The notes: generated by a model from the letters alone, not told the origin. A stretch of 43,433 bases of DNA from Candidatus Magasanikiibacteriota bacterium (GCA_021648085.1 JAKITS010000001.1:1-43433); one strand, 5' to 3'. Counted from the first letter of the stretch, positions 8,857-18,866 are shown. A program made the numbers and translations.

Positions 8857-8885
8857 AAAAACCGCGTATAATTCGCGGTTTTTTG
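8857..8885. terminator. Bidirectional terminator between convergent genes
   Basis: aaaACCGCGtataattCGCGGTtttttt. Confidence 0.7.
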
Positions 8886-8899
8886 TGCAATAATTTTAT

Positions 8900-9241
8900 T
8901 TATCCAAAACAGTCTGAGTCTATTGTTTGGTCTACAAAAACTACAAGCGGGTGTTTTTCTAATTTTTCAATTTGGGATTCCATTATACTTCCAATAAAAC
9001 TTATTATTTCTTGGTTTGATCCTGGAATTGAATTCATATCACTTCTTTCAAAAGCACCTTTTTCTTCTTCTATAAGTCTGTGGGTTAAAAAAGTTTTCAT
9101 TTTAGCAACTCTAAAAAATTTTAAAGTGGAAAAACCTTGTATATTATTTCTTACAAAATACAATAAATTTTTAGTTGTATGCGGATTTTTAAAAAGATCT
9201 TTTGGGACTAAAACCCAAATACTAATATGGCATATTCTCAT
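8900..9241 (-). CDS. Hypothetical protein
   Basis: Minus-frame ORF. GGAGGAtaaaATG places the start at MRICHISIWV (9241) rather than at 9253. The overlapping plus-strand ORF 8883..9275 looks non-coding (Cys/Phe/Ile-rich, TTG start). Confidence 0.5.
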   Translation of the reverse strand: MRICHISIWVLVPKDLFKNPHTTKNLLYFVRNNIQGFSTLKFFRVAKMKTFLTHRLIEEEKGAFERSDMNSIPGSNQEIISFIGSIMESQIEKLEKHPLVVFVDQTIDSDCFG

Positions 9242-9344
9242 TTTATCCTCCAAATATATTTATGATATGCTTTGACTTTTGTTTTGTCAATTTCTTTTAT
9301 ATGGAAAATCGTATATAATATATAAAAAGATTATAAATATATTT

Positions 9345-9581
9345 ATGAAATATTTTTTAGGATTTTTGGGAATTGCATTCGGCGTTGTTTTAGTCATAAA
9401 AACAGAGTGGTTTGTACAAAATTTTGGCACAAACAATTGGGCAGAACAAAATCTTGGTACAAGCGGAGGAACTCGTCTTATGTATAAGCTTATCGGGATA
9501 CTTATTATTTTTATTTCAATGATGTCTATTACTGGAATGCTAGGGCCTTTTGTAATGGGAACAGTTGGAAAATTGTTTTAA
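9345..9581 (+). CDS. Small two-helix membrane protein
   Basis: MKYFLGFLGIAFGVVLVI... and a second helix LIGILIIFISMMSITGMLG. The start at 9345 is preferred to 9279. Confidence 0.5.
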   Translation: MKYFLGFLGIAFGVVLVIKTEWFVQNFGTNNWAEQNLGTSGGTRLMYKLIGILIIFISMMSITGMLGPFVMGTVGKLF

Positions 9582-9767
9582 GTAAATTTAGAGTTTTTTT
9601 CCGCTTTGCAAAATCTTTAAACCCGAAACCAAGTTTTTCTCACTTTATTTCTTGACACCAAAATGTAATTAAATGTTCGGTAGGTTTAAAATAAAAAAAA
9701 GAAAGGAAAATAAAAAGAACACTTCGAGCAAGCGAAGAGGTAAAGCATTTAGAACTTTTTTAAATAT

Positions 9768-10319
9768 ATGTATAGATCGGGCACTTATCTACTAGACCCA
9801 CATTTTATATTGGAAGAGTCTCACACAAGAGAGGGAATGCGTGTGGCTGATTTTGGTTGTGGTAGAACGGGACACTTCACTTTTCCAATATCACAAAAAG
9901 TTGGGGATAAAGGTTGTGTATATGCTGTGGATATCTTAAAAGATGTTTTACATAATGTGGAAAGTAGAAAAAGAGGTAAAGGGTTAAAAAATATTCATAC
10001 TGTTTGGGCTGACATAGAAAAGCTTGGTGCTGTGACAATTCCAAAAAATAGCTTAGATATTGTTTTTATTGTAAATACATTATCTCAGTCTAGTTTTAAA
10101 GCAGATATTTTAAACGAAGCGTCTAGATTAATGAAGAATAAGTCTAGGCTTGTTATAGTAGATTGGCATAGGGGAAGTCATAAATTTGGTGTTAGTCAAG
10201 ATTTACTTGTTAATTTTTCAGAGCTTGGAGATTGGGGTGTCGAGAATAATTTTGTTGTACAAGACTCAATTGTCGCAGGACCACACCATGCTGGAATTAT
10301 ACTATATAAACATGAATAA
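9768..10319 (+). CDS. Class I SAM-dependent methyltransferase
   Basis: Motif I VADFGCGRTG, followed by VYAVDI (motif II-like) and VFIVNTL. Confidence 0.7.
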   Translation: MYRSGTYLLDPHFILEESHTREGMRVADFGCGRTGHFTFPISQKVGDKGCVYAVDILKDVLHNVESRKRGKGLKNIHTVWADIEKLGAVTIPKNSLDIVFIVNTLSQSSFKADILNEASRLMKNKSRLVIVDWHRGSHKFGVSQDLLVNFSELGDWGVENNFVVQDSIVAGPHHAGIILYKHE

Positions 10320-10689
10320 TTTTTTGAGTAAAAAAGATATAGGGAATAATGGTGAGAAGTTGGCGGTAAAATTTTTGCGTAAAAAAGGATATAAAATACT
10401 TGAAAAAAATTACAGAATAAAACAAGCAGAAGTGGATGTAATAGCTTGGAAAATAGAAAGAAAAGAAAAAATACTTTGTTTTATTGAAGTAAAAACTAGA
10501 AAATTTAACGATGGAAGTGCAGAGCGAGCGGTAGATTATAAAAAAATACAACACATAATGTGTGGTGCTAGAAGTTTTTGTATAGAAAGAGGTGTAAATA
10601 TTGAAAATTCACCAATTAGTTTTGAACATGTTAGCGTCTTTACAGAAGAAAAAGACAAAATAAACCACTTTGTAATACCAATTAATTAG
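10312..10689 (+). CDS. yraN: YraN-family (UPF0102) endonuclease-like protein
   Basis: GEKLAVKFLRKKGYKILEKNYR...EVDVIAW...LCFIEVKTR matches the YraN signature. The ATG overlaps the upstream stop. Confidence 0.75.
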   Translation: MNNFLSKKDIGNNGEKLAVKFLRKKGYKILEKNYRIKQAEVDVIAWKIERKEKILCFIEVKTRKFNDGSAERAVDYKKIQHIMCGARSFCIERGVNIENSPISFEHVSVFTEEKDKINHFVIPIN

Positions 10690-10694
10690 AGTGT

Positions 10695-10723
10695 TTGACA
10701 AAAAGGGATTTTAATGTTATTAT
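10695..10723 (+). promoter_or_regulatory. Strong sigma70-like promoter upstream of nusA
   Basis: TTGACA (10695-10700), 17-nt spacer, TGtTATTAT extended -10 (10715-10723). Confidence 0.55.
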
Positions 10724-10736
10724 TTTTAGGTAAATG

Positions 10737-10762
10737 GTAGCTACACAATAGCTACTTTTTTT
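10737..10762 (+). terminator. Leader terminator/attenuator hairpin between the promoter and nusA
   Basis: GTAGCTAcacaaTAGCTAC followed by seven T (10756-10762), about 38 nt before the nusA ATG. Confidence 0.5.
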
Positions 10763-10799
10763 ACAACCTAATTTAAAAAAAGATAAATAATTTAAAAAT

Positions 10800-12227
10800 A
10801 TGGCATCAGAAATTATTAAATCAATTCAATTTCTTTGTAATGAAAAAGGATTGGAATATGAAACTGTAATGGAGGCATTAGAGTTTGCTTTGGCAGCAGC
10901 TTATAGAAAAGATTTTGGAGATAAGCAGCAAAATATAAAAGTTCATTTTGACCCAGAGACAGGTGATATGAAAGTTTGGGATGAAAAAGAAGTTGCAGAA
11001 GACTATGATTTGGAGGAGTTGGAAAAGTCACAAGAAAGATTGGCAGAGCTTAGAGAAATTGCTCATATGGAGCGTCGTGAGTTGGAAGAGGATGAGATGG
11101 AAGGGTTGATACGCTTTAATCCAAAAAATCAAATGATGATTTCAGAGGCAAAAAAGATCAAAAAAACAGCAAAACTTGGCGATATTATAAAGATAGACTT
11201 GGAAATACCTGGTGATTTTGGAAGAATGGCAGCACAAACAGCAAAACAAGTTATTATCCAAAAAATTCGTGAAGCAGAAAGAAACAGTGTTTTTGAGGAT
11301 TTTAAAAATCAGGAAGGTGATATAGTACAAGGTGTAATCCAAAGAAGAGACAGCAGAAGTGGTGTCGTAATTATAGATTTAGGAAAGATTACTGGTATTT
11401 TGCCTGTTGTAGAGCAGGTCCAAAGAGAACGCTATATACCAGGAAATAGAATGACTTTTTTCGTACAATCTGTAGATATGGGAAATAGAGGACCAGAAAT
11501 TATACTTTCACGCACAAATATAAAAATGGTTGAGGTTGTTTTCGATAAAGAAATTCCAGAAATTAATACAGGTGAGGTCGTTATAAAAGCAATTGCGCGT
11601 GATGCTGGAAGTCGTTCAAAAGTTGCAGTATTCACAAAAGATGAATCTGTTGACCCAATTGGGTCTTGTATTGGTCAGCGTGGAAGTCGTATTAATACTA
11701 TAATAGATGAACTTGGTGGAGAGAAAATAGATATAATTCATTTCGATGAAAAAGTGGAGACATTTATAAAAAATTCACTCGCTCCAGCAAAAATAGAAAC
11801 AGTTGTTTTAAATGAAGAAGAAAAAACTGCAGCTGTAAATGTAAAAGAAGATCAGCTTTCTTTAGCAATTGGTAGGGGTGGTCAAAATGTAAGATTGGCC
11901 ACAGAATTGACTGGTTGGAGAATTAAGGTGGTTCAAGTAGATGAAGAAGGAGGAGAAGTTGATGAGGAAAATAAAGAAGAGTCGCCTAACGAAAAAGAAG
12001 TTTCCACAGAAGAAAAAGTGGAGGAAGTGAAAGAGGAAACTCCAGTTGAAGAAAAAGCTGAGGAGAAAACTAAAGAGGTTGTAGAAGAGAAGGTTGAGGG
12101 TGTAAAAGAAGAAACATCTGAAGAAGTTGCTGAAAAAAAGACTGAAGAGACAAAAGAAGAAGCTCCAGTAGAAGGAAAAACTGAAGAATCAAAAGAAGAG
12201 GTTGAGGAAATTAAAGAAGACAAATAA
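10800..12227 (+). CDS. nusA: Transcription termination/antitermination factor NusA with a long acidic E/K-rich C-terminal tail
   Basis: N-terminal domain, S1-like segment (GDIVQGVIQRRD...) and KH signatures (CIGQRGSRINTI, AIGRGGQNVRLATELTGW). The last roughly 90 aa are low-complexity E/K/V. Confidence 0.9.
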   Translation: MASEIIKSIQFLCNEKGLEYETVMEALEFALAAAYRKDFGDKQQNIKVHFDPETGDMKVWDEKEVAEDYDLEELEKSQERLAELREIAHMERRELEEDEMEGLIRFNPKNQMMISEAKKIKKTAKLGDIIKIDLEIPGDFGRMAAQTAKQVIIQKIREAERNSVFEDFKNQEGDIVQGVIQRRDSRSGVVIIDLGKITGILPVVEQVQRERYIPGNRMTFFVQSVDMGNRGPEIILSRTNIKMVEVVFDKEIPEINTGEVVIKAIARDAGSRSKVAVFTKDESVDPIGSCIGQRGSRINTIIDELGGEKIDIIHFDEKVETFIKNSLAPAKIETVVLNEEEKTAAVNVKEDQLSLAIGRGGQNVRLATELTGWRIKVVQVDEEGGEVDEENKEESPNEKEVSTEEKVEEVKEETPVEEKAEEKTKEVVEEKVEGVKEETSEEVAEKKTEETKEEAPVEGKTEESKEEVEEIKEDK

Positions 12228-12229
12228 AT

Positions 12230-12961
12230 ATGCAAGAATTATTTCAAGCAATATTATACCAACCAATTTTTAATGCATTGGTTGCACTTTACAATGTGAT
12301 TCCAGATGTGGGTGTTGGAATTTTGATTATTACAATTATAATCAAATTTGCACTTTATCCACTTACAAATATATCTCTAAAATCACAGAAAAAACTTACA
12401 GATATTCAACCAAAATTGGCGGAACTGAAGAAAAAATATAAAGATGATAAACAGACTTTGGCAGCAGAAACAATGAAGATGTACAAAGAAAGTAATGTAA
12501 ATCCACTTTCTTCTTGTTTGCCGATGTTATTGCAATTGCCGGTATTTTTAGCACTTTTCTGGGTGTTAAAAGATAGTCTTGGGACTACAGATTTTAGTTT
12601 ACTTTATTCATTTGTAAGCGCTCCAGAGGTTTTAGATCCAATGTCTTTGGGATTTATTGATTTGAGCAAATCAAACATTGTGTTGGCAGTTTTGGCTGGT
12701 GCAGCACAGTTCTGGCAAGCCAAGATGATGCAAACGAAGAAAGCTCCAAAGGTGGCAGGAGAAGGTGCAAAAGACGAAAATATGCTTTCTTCTATGAACA
12801 AGCAGATGCTTTACTTTATGCCTGTTCTAACAGTAATTATAGGTATGCAGCTTGCAGGTGGGGTAGCGCTTTATTGGTTCTTGTCTACACTTCTTACAGC
12901 TTTACAGCAGTTGTTTATTCTCAAAAGAGACAAGAAATCAGAAGTTGAGGTTATTTCTTAA
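12230..12961 (+). CDS. yidC: Membrane protein insertase YidC (short Oxa1/SpoIIIJ-type)
   Basis: NPLSSCLPMLLQLPVFLALFWVL plus five hydrophobic helices. It starts 2 nt after the nusA stop. Confidence 0.85.
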   Translation: MQELFQAILYQPIFNALVALYNVIPDVGVGILIITIIIKFALYPLTNISLKSQKKLTDIQPKLAELKKKYKDDKQTLAAETMKMYKESNVNPLSSCLPMLLQLPVFLALFWVLKDSLGTTDFSLLYSFVSAPEVLDPMSLGFIDLSKSNIVLAVLAGAAQFWQAKMMQTKKAPKVAGEGAKDENMLSSMNKQMLYFMPVLTVIIGMQLAGGVALYWFLSTLLTALQQLFILKRDKKSEVEVIS

Positions 12962-12976
12962 TTAAAATATTTAAAA

Positions 12977-13006
12977 CAAAAAACTGTGAAAATTCACGGT
13001 TTTTTG
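12977..13006 (+). terminator. Intrinsic terminator after yidC
   Basis: aaaaaaCTGTGAAaaTTCACGGtttttt. Confidence 0.65.
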
Positions 13007-13101
13007 TTTTAAAAATATACAAACTTTGATTTTACATATACACTATAAGGGACTGTTAGAAAATTTAATAGAAATGATGTTTAATAACAGTCCTTAAATA
13101 T

Positions 13102-14052
13102 ATGGATAAAGAATTCAAAAATTCAGTGCTCAGCACTTTGGCTTATTTTGATATATTCAAACACCCTTTAGAATCTAGGGAGTTATATTTTTATTTGTGG
13201 GGATTGGAGCGCAAGATGAGTTATTATGATTTTTTGATAGATTTGAAAGAGATGGTGGAGAAAAATTTAGTTGAGTTTAAAAATGGATATTATTTTTTTT
13301 CAGGTCGCTCGGATTTGATAAAAATTCGTGAGAGTAAGGTACGGTATTTGGATAAGAAAATGAAAATAGCAAAGCGTGGTGTAAAGCTGATTCGTTTTAT
13401 ACCTTTTGTTCGTGCTGTTTTTGTATGCAATACTGTTGCTTCGTCCACAGCTGGAGAGGGTAGTGATATAGACCTTTTTATAATTATAAAACACGGTCGT
13501 ATTTGGCTTTCGCGTTTTTTAGTTATAGTACTTTTTATACTACTTCGTCTTCGTATCACAAAAAAGAAAATGAGTAATAAGTTTTGTCTAAGTTTTTTTA
13601 TTACAGATAAAAATTTAGATTTATCGCGTGTTAGCATTCCTGGTGATGATATTTATTTGGCGTATTGGATTAGTCATCTTATTCCAGTTTATGATCCAGA
13701 TAATTTTTTGAAAAGAATTATCAAAGAAAATGGTTGGGTAAAAAACATACTTCGTCATTTTGGGCGTGCTAGAAGTGTCGGTATGTCTTGGAATGTTAAT
13801 AGATTAAAGCGTGGTTTTGGATTTGTAAAATTCTTTGAAAAAATATGGGGAACTTCTTATGGAGATTTGTTGGAAAGTCAATCTCGTGGACTTCAGATGT
13901 CCAAAATGCGTAAAAATAAAAGTATACAAAATGAACTAGATAATAGGGTTGTAATAAATGACGAAATGTTAAAATTTCATGAAAATGACAGACGAGAATT
14001 CTATAGAACAAAATGGCAAGAAAAATGTGTGGAATATGGGGTTTTTGAATAA
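13102..14052 (+). CDS. Pol-beta-superfamily nucleotidyltransferase-domain protein
   Basis: VASSTAGEGSDIDLFII fits the G[SG]...DxD nucleotidyltransferase motif. The rest is unassigned. Confidence 0.5.
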   Translation: MDKEFKNSVLSTLAYFDIFKHPLESRELYFYLWGLERKMSYYDFLIDLKEMVEKNLVEFKNGYYFFSGRSDLIKIRESKVRYLDKKMKIAKRGVKLIRFIPFVRAVFVCNTVASSTAGEGSDIDLFIIIKHGRIWLSRFLVIVLFILLRLRITKKKMSNKFCLSFFITDKNLDLSRVSIPGDDIYLAYWISHLIPVYDPDNFLKRIIKENGWVKNILRHFGRARSVGMSWNVNRLKRGFGFVKFFEKIWGTSYGDLLESQSRGLQMSKMRKNKSIQNELDNRVVINDEMLKFHENDRREFYRTKWQEKCVEYGVFE

Positions 14053-15523
14053 AAAAATAGATTTTTTAAAAGCTAGTAAAATTTCACTAGCTTTATTTTT
14101 GTTCGTCTTACCTTGGCAAACGGTATATATTTTTAGAGAAGTTTTTTGGGAAAGTACAAAGTGGCAATACGGAACTTTAAATTTTTATTTTTTTGAAGTT
14201 GTTTTGTGGTTTTTTATTTTTTTTGGTTTTTCTTACTTTTGGAAAAATAAAATTAAAAATTTTAAAAACCTAAAAACACGGGAACTATCTTCAGGTATCA
14301 TTTTTACTAAAACCTATAAATTTTGGCTACGACTTCAAGAAAAAAGTTGGTCTATACTGTGGTATAAGCAAAAATTTTTCTTTTCGTCGCGCTCAAAATT
14401 TAAAAGTTTTACTAACGAAAGCATATCTGAAAATAATTCCTTAAAACAAAAAATAATCCCAGTATTTTTCACCTCATTAATTTTTTTATTTTTAATAATA
14501 TCTAGTTTTTTTGTAGGTGATCCTGCTTTAGCTTTTCAAAAATTAAGACAAATTATTCAAGTTTTATTATTTTTATTTTTAATAATTTCACTCCCAATAA
14601 AGTTTAATTTTATTGTAAAATGGTTTTTTATTGGCTCTATATTGCCAACAGTTTTAGGTGTTTGGCAGTTTATAGCACAAAATTCGTTCAGCTCTACTTT
14701 GCTTGGAATTTCAGAACATCTTCCGTGGGTAGGTGGGTCGTCTGTAATCTCCAATCCAACAATTGGCTACTGGCTCCGCGCTTATGGAAGTTTTGCGCAT
14801 CCAAATATTTTTGGTGGGTATTTATTTTTTGTTTTAGTTTCTTTATTTATTTATTTTTACAATTCAAAAAAATATTCTTCTTTACTTATATTTATTATAT
14901 TTTTACTCCCAACGACCGGTCTGTTTTTAACATTTAGTCGTTCGGCTTGGATAGTATTTTTACTTGTTTTCATTATTACTTTTTTTATTTCATTTTTGAA
15001 AAAAAAAGATGCGTTTGTTCGTGCTTTATTTTATTTAAGTTTTTTTATAATTAGTTTAGTTTTTATATTTTTTCCATTAGTCCAAACTCGTATATCGGGA
15101 AATTCTATAACAGAAATAAAATCTGTGCAAGATAGAATGCTTGGATATTCTGAAGCTAAAGATTTGTTTATTGAAAATTTATTTTTTGGTGTTGGTGGTG
15201 GAAATTACACTTTAGCTTTGAAAGAAAAAAATCCAAACCTAAAACCTTGGAAATATCAACCAGTCCATAATATTTTTATGTTGTTTTTGGTTGAATACGG
15301 TTTGATTGGTTTTACTATTTTATTTGGTGGTTTGTATGTTTTAGTTAAAGAAATAAAGATTAAAAAGTGTCTTAATTTAACTACTATTCTATCTTTATGT
15401 CTCTTTATAATTTTAGGAATTTTTGATCATTATCTATACTCATTTTCTGTTGGGCTACTGCTACCTTCTTTATATTTTGCGGTTATTTACAAGTATTTTC
15501 TTGACAAAAAACACAAAGTATAG
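13979..15523 (+). CDS. O-antigen ligase/polymerase-like (Wzy_C family) polytopic membrane protein carrying an in-frame repeat insertion
   Basis: More than 10 hydrophobic helices, with LTFSRSAWIVFL and a large loop typical of the Wzy_C/RfaL family. The ATG at 14036 (MGFLNKK) is a plausible alternative start. Nt 14281-14440 are copy B of the 160-nt module. Confidence 0.7.
   Translation: MKMTDENSIEQNGKKNVWNMGFLNKKIDFLKASKISLALFLFVLPWQTVYIFREVFWESTKWQYGTLNFYFFEVVLWFFIFFGFSYFWKNKIKNFKNLKTRELSSGIIFTKTYKFWLRLQEKSWSILWYKQKFFFSSRSKFKSFTNESISENNSLKQKIIPVFFTSLIFLFLIISSFFVGDPALAFQKLRQIIQVLLFLFLIISLPIKFNFIVKWFFIGSILPTVLGVWQFIAQNSFSSTLLGISEHLPWVGGSSVISNPTIGYWLRAYGSFAHPNIFGGYLFFVLVSLFIYFYNSKKYSSLLIFIIFLLPTTGLFLTFSRSAWIVFLLVFIITFFISFLKKKDAFVRALFYLSFFIISLVFIFFPLVQTRISGNSITEIKSVQDRMLGYSEAKDLFIENLFFGVGGGNYTLALKEKNPNLKPWKYQPVHNIFMLFLVEYGLIGFTILFGGLYVLVKEIKIKKCLNLTTILSLCLFIILGIFDHYLYSFSVGLLLPSLYFAVIYKYFLDKKHKV
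14281..14440. repeat. 160-nt rod-hairpin module, copy B, inside the Wzy-like CDS
   Basis: Aligns gaplessly with 4299-4458. The closing stem ggaactatcttcaggtat / atatctgaaaataattcc is homologous to the copy A stem but differs through paired substitutions. Confidence 0.85.
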
Positions 15524-15546
15524 CACAATCAAATAACACTATAAAA

Positions 15547-15667
15547 AGAGCCTAGTGCTGGAGAATAGCACAGTCGTACGCCGGCATAATATCGTGTCTT
15601 TAGACAGGCATCACGGTCTTGTGTGCGGACGGCGATATGAGCTATTCTCTTACTCTGGGTTTTTTTA
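15547..15667 (+). other. GC-rich structured island ending in a T-run (candidate small RNA or elaborate terminator)
   Basis: No ORF, and locally much GC-richer than the surroundings. A 9-bp helix GAGAATAGC (15561-15569) / GCTATTCTC (15641-15649) encloses about 70 nt containing CGCCG/CGGCG and GTCtttaGAC hairpins. It ends in ctctgggttttttt. Confidence 0.35.
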
Positions 15668-15679
15668 ATACAAAAAACC

Positions 15680-15707
15680 TTGACATTTTTGGGAAAATTA
15701 GTATAAG
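15680..15707 (+). promoter_or_regulatory. Sigma70-like promoter of groES-groEL
   Basis: TTGACA (15680-15685), 16-nt spacer, TATAAG (15702-15707). Confidence 0.5.
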
Positions 15708-15743
15708 ATGTCTCAAGAGGTTAATTCATTTAAAATACATACT

Positions 15744-16037
15744 ATGAACATAAAACCATTAGGTGATCGTGTAGTTATCAAAGCTGTAAAAGAAGAGGAG
15801 ATTACAGCTTCTGGAATTTTATTGCCAGATACAATTGATAAAGAAAAAAAAGCAGAAGGAGAAATCGTAGCAGTAGGACCTGGAAAAATTTTAGAGTCTG
15901 GACAGCGAAGTGCAATGGAGGTAAAAGTTGGAGACAAAGTTATTTTTGAAAAATGGGGAGGAGAAGAGATTAAGGTTGAAGGGGATGAATACAAAATTTT
16001 GAGTGCAGATAAAATTTTGGCAATTATTTTAAAATAA
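15744..16037 (+). CDS. groES: Co-chaperonin GroES
   Basis: [13 protein letters not shown]...ASGILLPD...GEIVAVGPG is the canonical GroES sequence. The ORF-track start at 15708 abuts the -10 box, so 15744 is preferred. Confidence 0.93.
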   Translation: MNIKPLGDRVVIKAVKEEEITASGILLPDTIDKEKKAEGEIVAVGPGKILESGQRSAMEVKVGDKVIFEKWGGEEIKVEGDEYKILSADKILAIILK

Positions 16038-17675
<1,638 letters not shown>

Positions 17676-17685
17676 AAAAATAACA

Positions 17686-17721
17686 ACAAAAAACCCGCGT
17701 ACCAAAACGCGGGTTTTTTTG
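17686..17721 (+). terminator. Intrinsic terminator after groEL
   Basis: aaaAACCCGCGTaccaaaACGCGGGTTttttt. Confidence 0.8.
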
Positions 17722-17750
17722 TTGCCAAAAACTGATTTTTGTGCTAGTAT
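17722..17750 (+). promoter_or_regulatory. Promoter candidate placing the prfB start codon at or near +1
   Basis: TTGCCA (17722-17727), 17-nt spacer, TGcTAGTAT (17742-17750). The ATG at 17757 lies 6 nt after the -10 box. Confidence 0.4.
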
Positions 17751-17756
17751 AGACCC

Positions 17757-18866
17757 ATGAAAGAAGAGGTAAAACAACTTCAGGAGCTAAAAGAAAAAGT
17801 TGAAAATACTTGGGAGCTTTTGAAAATAGACAATTTAAAAGTAGAGCAGGAAAAATTGGAGCAGAAAATGCAAAGTCCTGATTTTTGGTCTGACGCAGAA
17901 AATGCAAAGAATGTTTCAAAAAGATATGATGGAGTAAAACAAGAAGTGGAAGTTTGGGAGAAAATGAAAAATGAAATAAATGAACTTCTTGAGTTTGGAA
18001 ATGAGCTAGAAAATAGTCCAGACGAAGAACTTCAAGAAGATTTGAAAAACCGAACAAAAGATTTGTTCACCAAATTTGAAAAGTTGGAATTCTATTTATT
18101 GCTTGGCGAAAAATATGACAAGGGAAATGCAATATTAACTTTTAGTGCAGGAAGCGGAGGTACAGAAGCTCAAGATTGGGCAGAAATGATACGCAGAATG
18201 GTAATGCGTTTTGCAGAAGACAAGGGTTGGAAAGTGGAAATGATAGACGAGTCTCGTGGATCTGAAGCTGGAATAAAATCTTGTATGATTAGAATTGAAG
18301 GGCGATACGCTTACGGATATTTGCAGGCTTTGAGTGGTACGCACAGATTGGTTCGTATTTCACCTTTCGATGCAGAAAAAATGCGCCATACTTCTTTTGC
18401 ATCAATTGAAATAATTCCAGAAATAGATGAGGAAATAGACCTGGAAATTGATCCAAAAGATTTGCGAATAGATACATTTATGTCTGGCGGAAAAGGTGGG
18501 CAAAGTGTAAATACAACTTATAGTGCGGTTCGTATAGTCCATCTTCCAACAAACATTACAGTACAATGCCAAAACGAACGCTCTCAACTTCAAAACAAAG
18601 ATACCGCAATGAAGGTGTTGCAATCAAAACTTCAGAAATTAAAAGAAGAGGAGTTGAAAAAAGAAAAGCAAGAATTGCGAGGTGAATACAAAAGTGCTGA
18701 ATGGGGAAATCAGATAATTTCTTATGTTTTGCATCCTTACAAAATGGTAAAAGATTTGCGTTCAAAATATGAAACCGTAGATACAGAAAAAGTATTAAAT
18801 GGTGAATTAATAGAACTTGCAGAAGCGTATTTAAGATGGAAAAAGGGAGAAAAGCAGAATAAGTAG
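17757..18866 (+). CDS. prfB: Peptide chain release factor 2, encoded in a single uninterrupted frame
   Basis: SPF tripeptide (RISPFDA) and GGQ (GGKGGQSVNTT). The frame is colinear with RF2 over its whole length and has no internal in-frame TGA or frameshift site. Confidence 0.92.
   Translation: MKEEVKQLQELKEKVENTWELLKIDNLKVEQEKLEQKMQSPDFWSDAENAKNVSKRYDGVKQEVEVWEKMKNEINELLEFGNELENSPDEELQEDLKNRTKDLFTKFEKLEFYLLLGEKYDKGNAILTFSAGSGGTEAQDWAEMIRRMVMRFAEDKGWKVEMIDESRGSEAGIKSCMIRIEGRYAYGYLQALSGTHRLVRISPFDAEKMRHTSFASIEIIPEIDEEIDLEIDPKDLRIDTFMSGGKGGQSVNTTYSAVRIVHLPTNITVQCQNERSQLQNKDTAMKVLQSKLQKLKEEELKKEKQELRGEYKSAEWGNQIISYVLHPYKMVKDLRSKYETVDTEKVLNGELIELAEAYLRWKKGEKQNK

Noticed and set aside
8883-9275. 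130-aa plus-strand ORF starting with TTG
   Set aside because: It overlaps the terminator of the GNAT gene and has an implausible composition. The minus-strand ORF has a GGAGG-ATG start and is preferred, though its function is unknown.
11950-12227. The E/K-rich NusA tail as a separate feature or gene fusion
   Set aside because: It is continuous in-frame low-complexity sequence after KH2. Acidic C-terminal extensions of NusA are common, so it is noted but not treated as unusual.
11933-12235. 100-aa Ser/Thr-rich minus-strand ORF
   Set aside because: It is the antisense reading of the GAA/AAA-rich acidic tail of nusA, a composition artefact.
15547-15700. CIRCE/HrcA operator upstream of groES, or SRP/4.5S RNA
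   Set aside because: I looked for TTAGCACTC-N9-GAGTGCTAA and found only a loose tagtgct...agcac. There is no GGAA/GNRA-capped domain IV with the AGCA/GGUCC loops expected of SRP RNA. The region is kept only as an unassigned structured element.
17757-18866. Alternative genetic code (UGA reassignment, as in some CPR lineages)
   Set aside because: An intact RF2 gene with SPF and GGQ motifs is present. Conserved genes are full length under the standard code, and TGA serves as the stop of the kinase-like gene.
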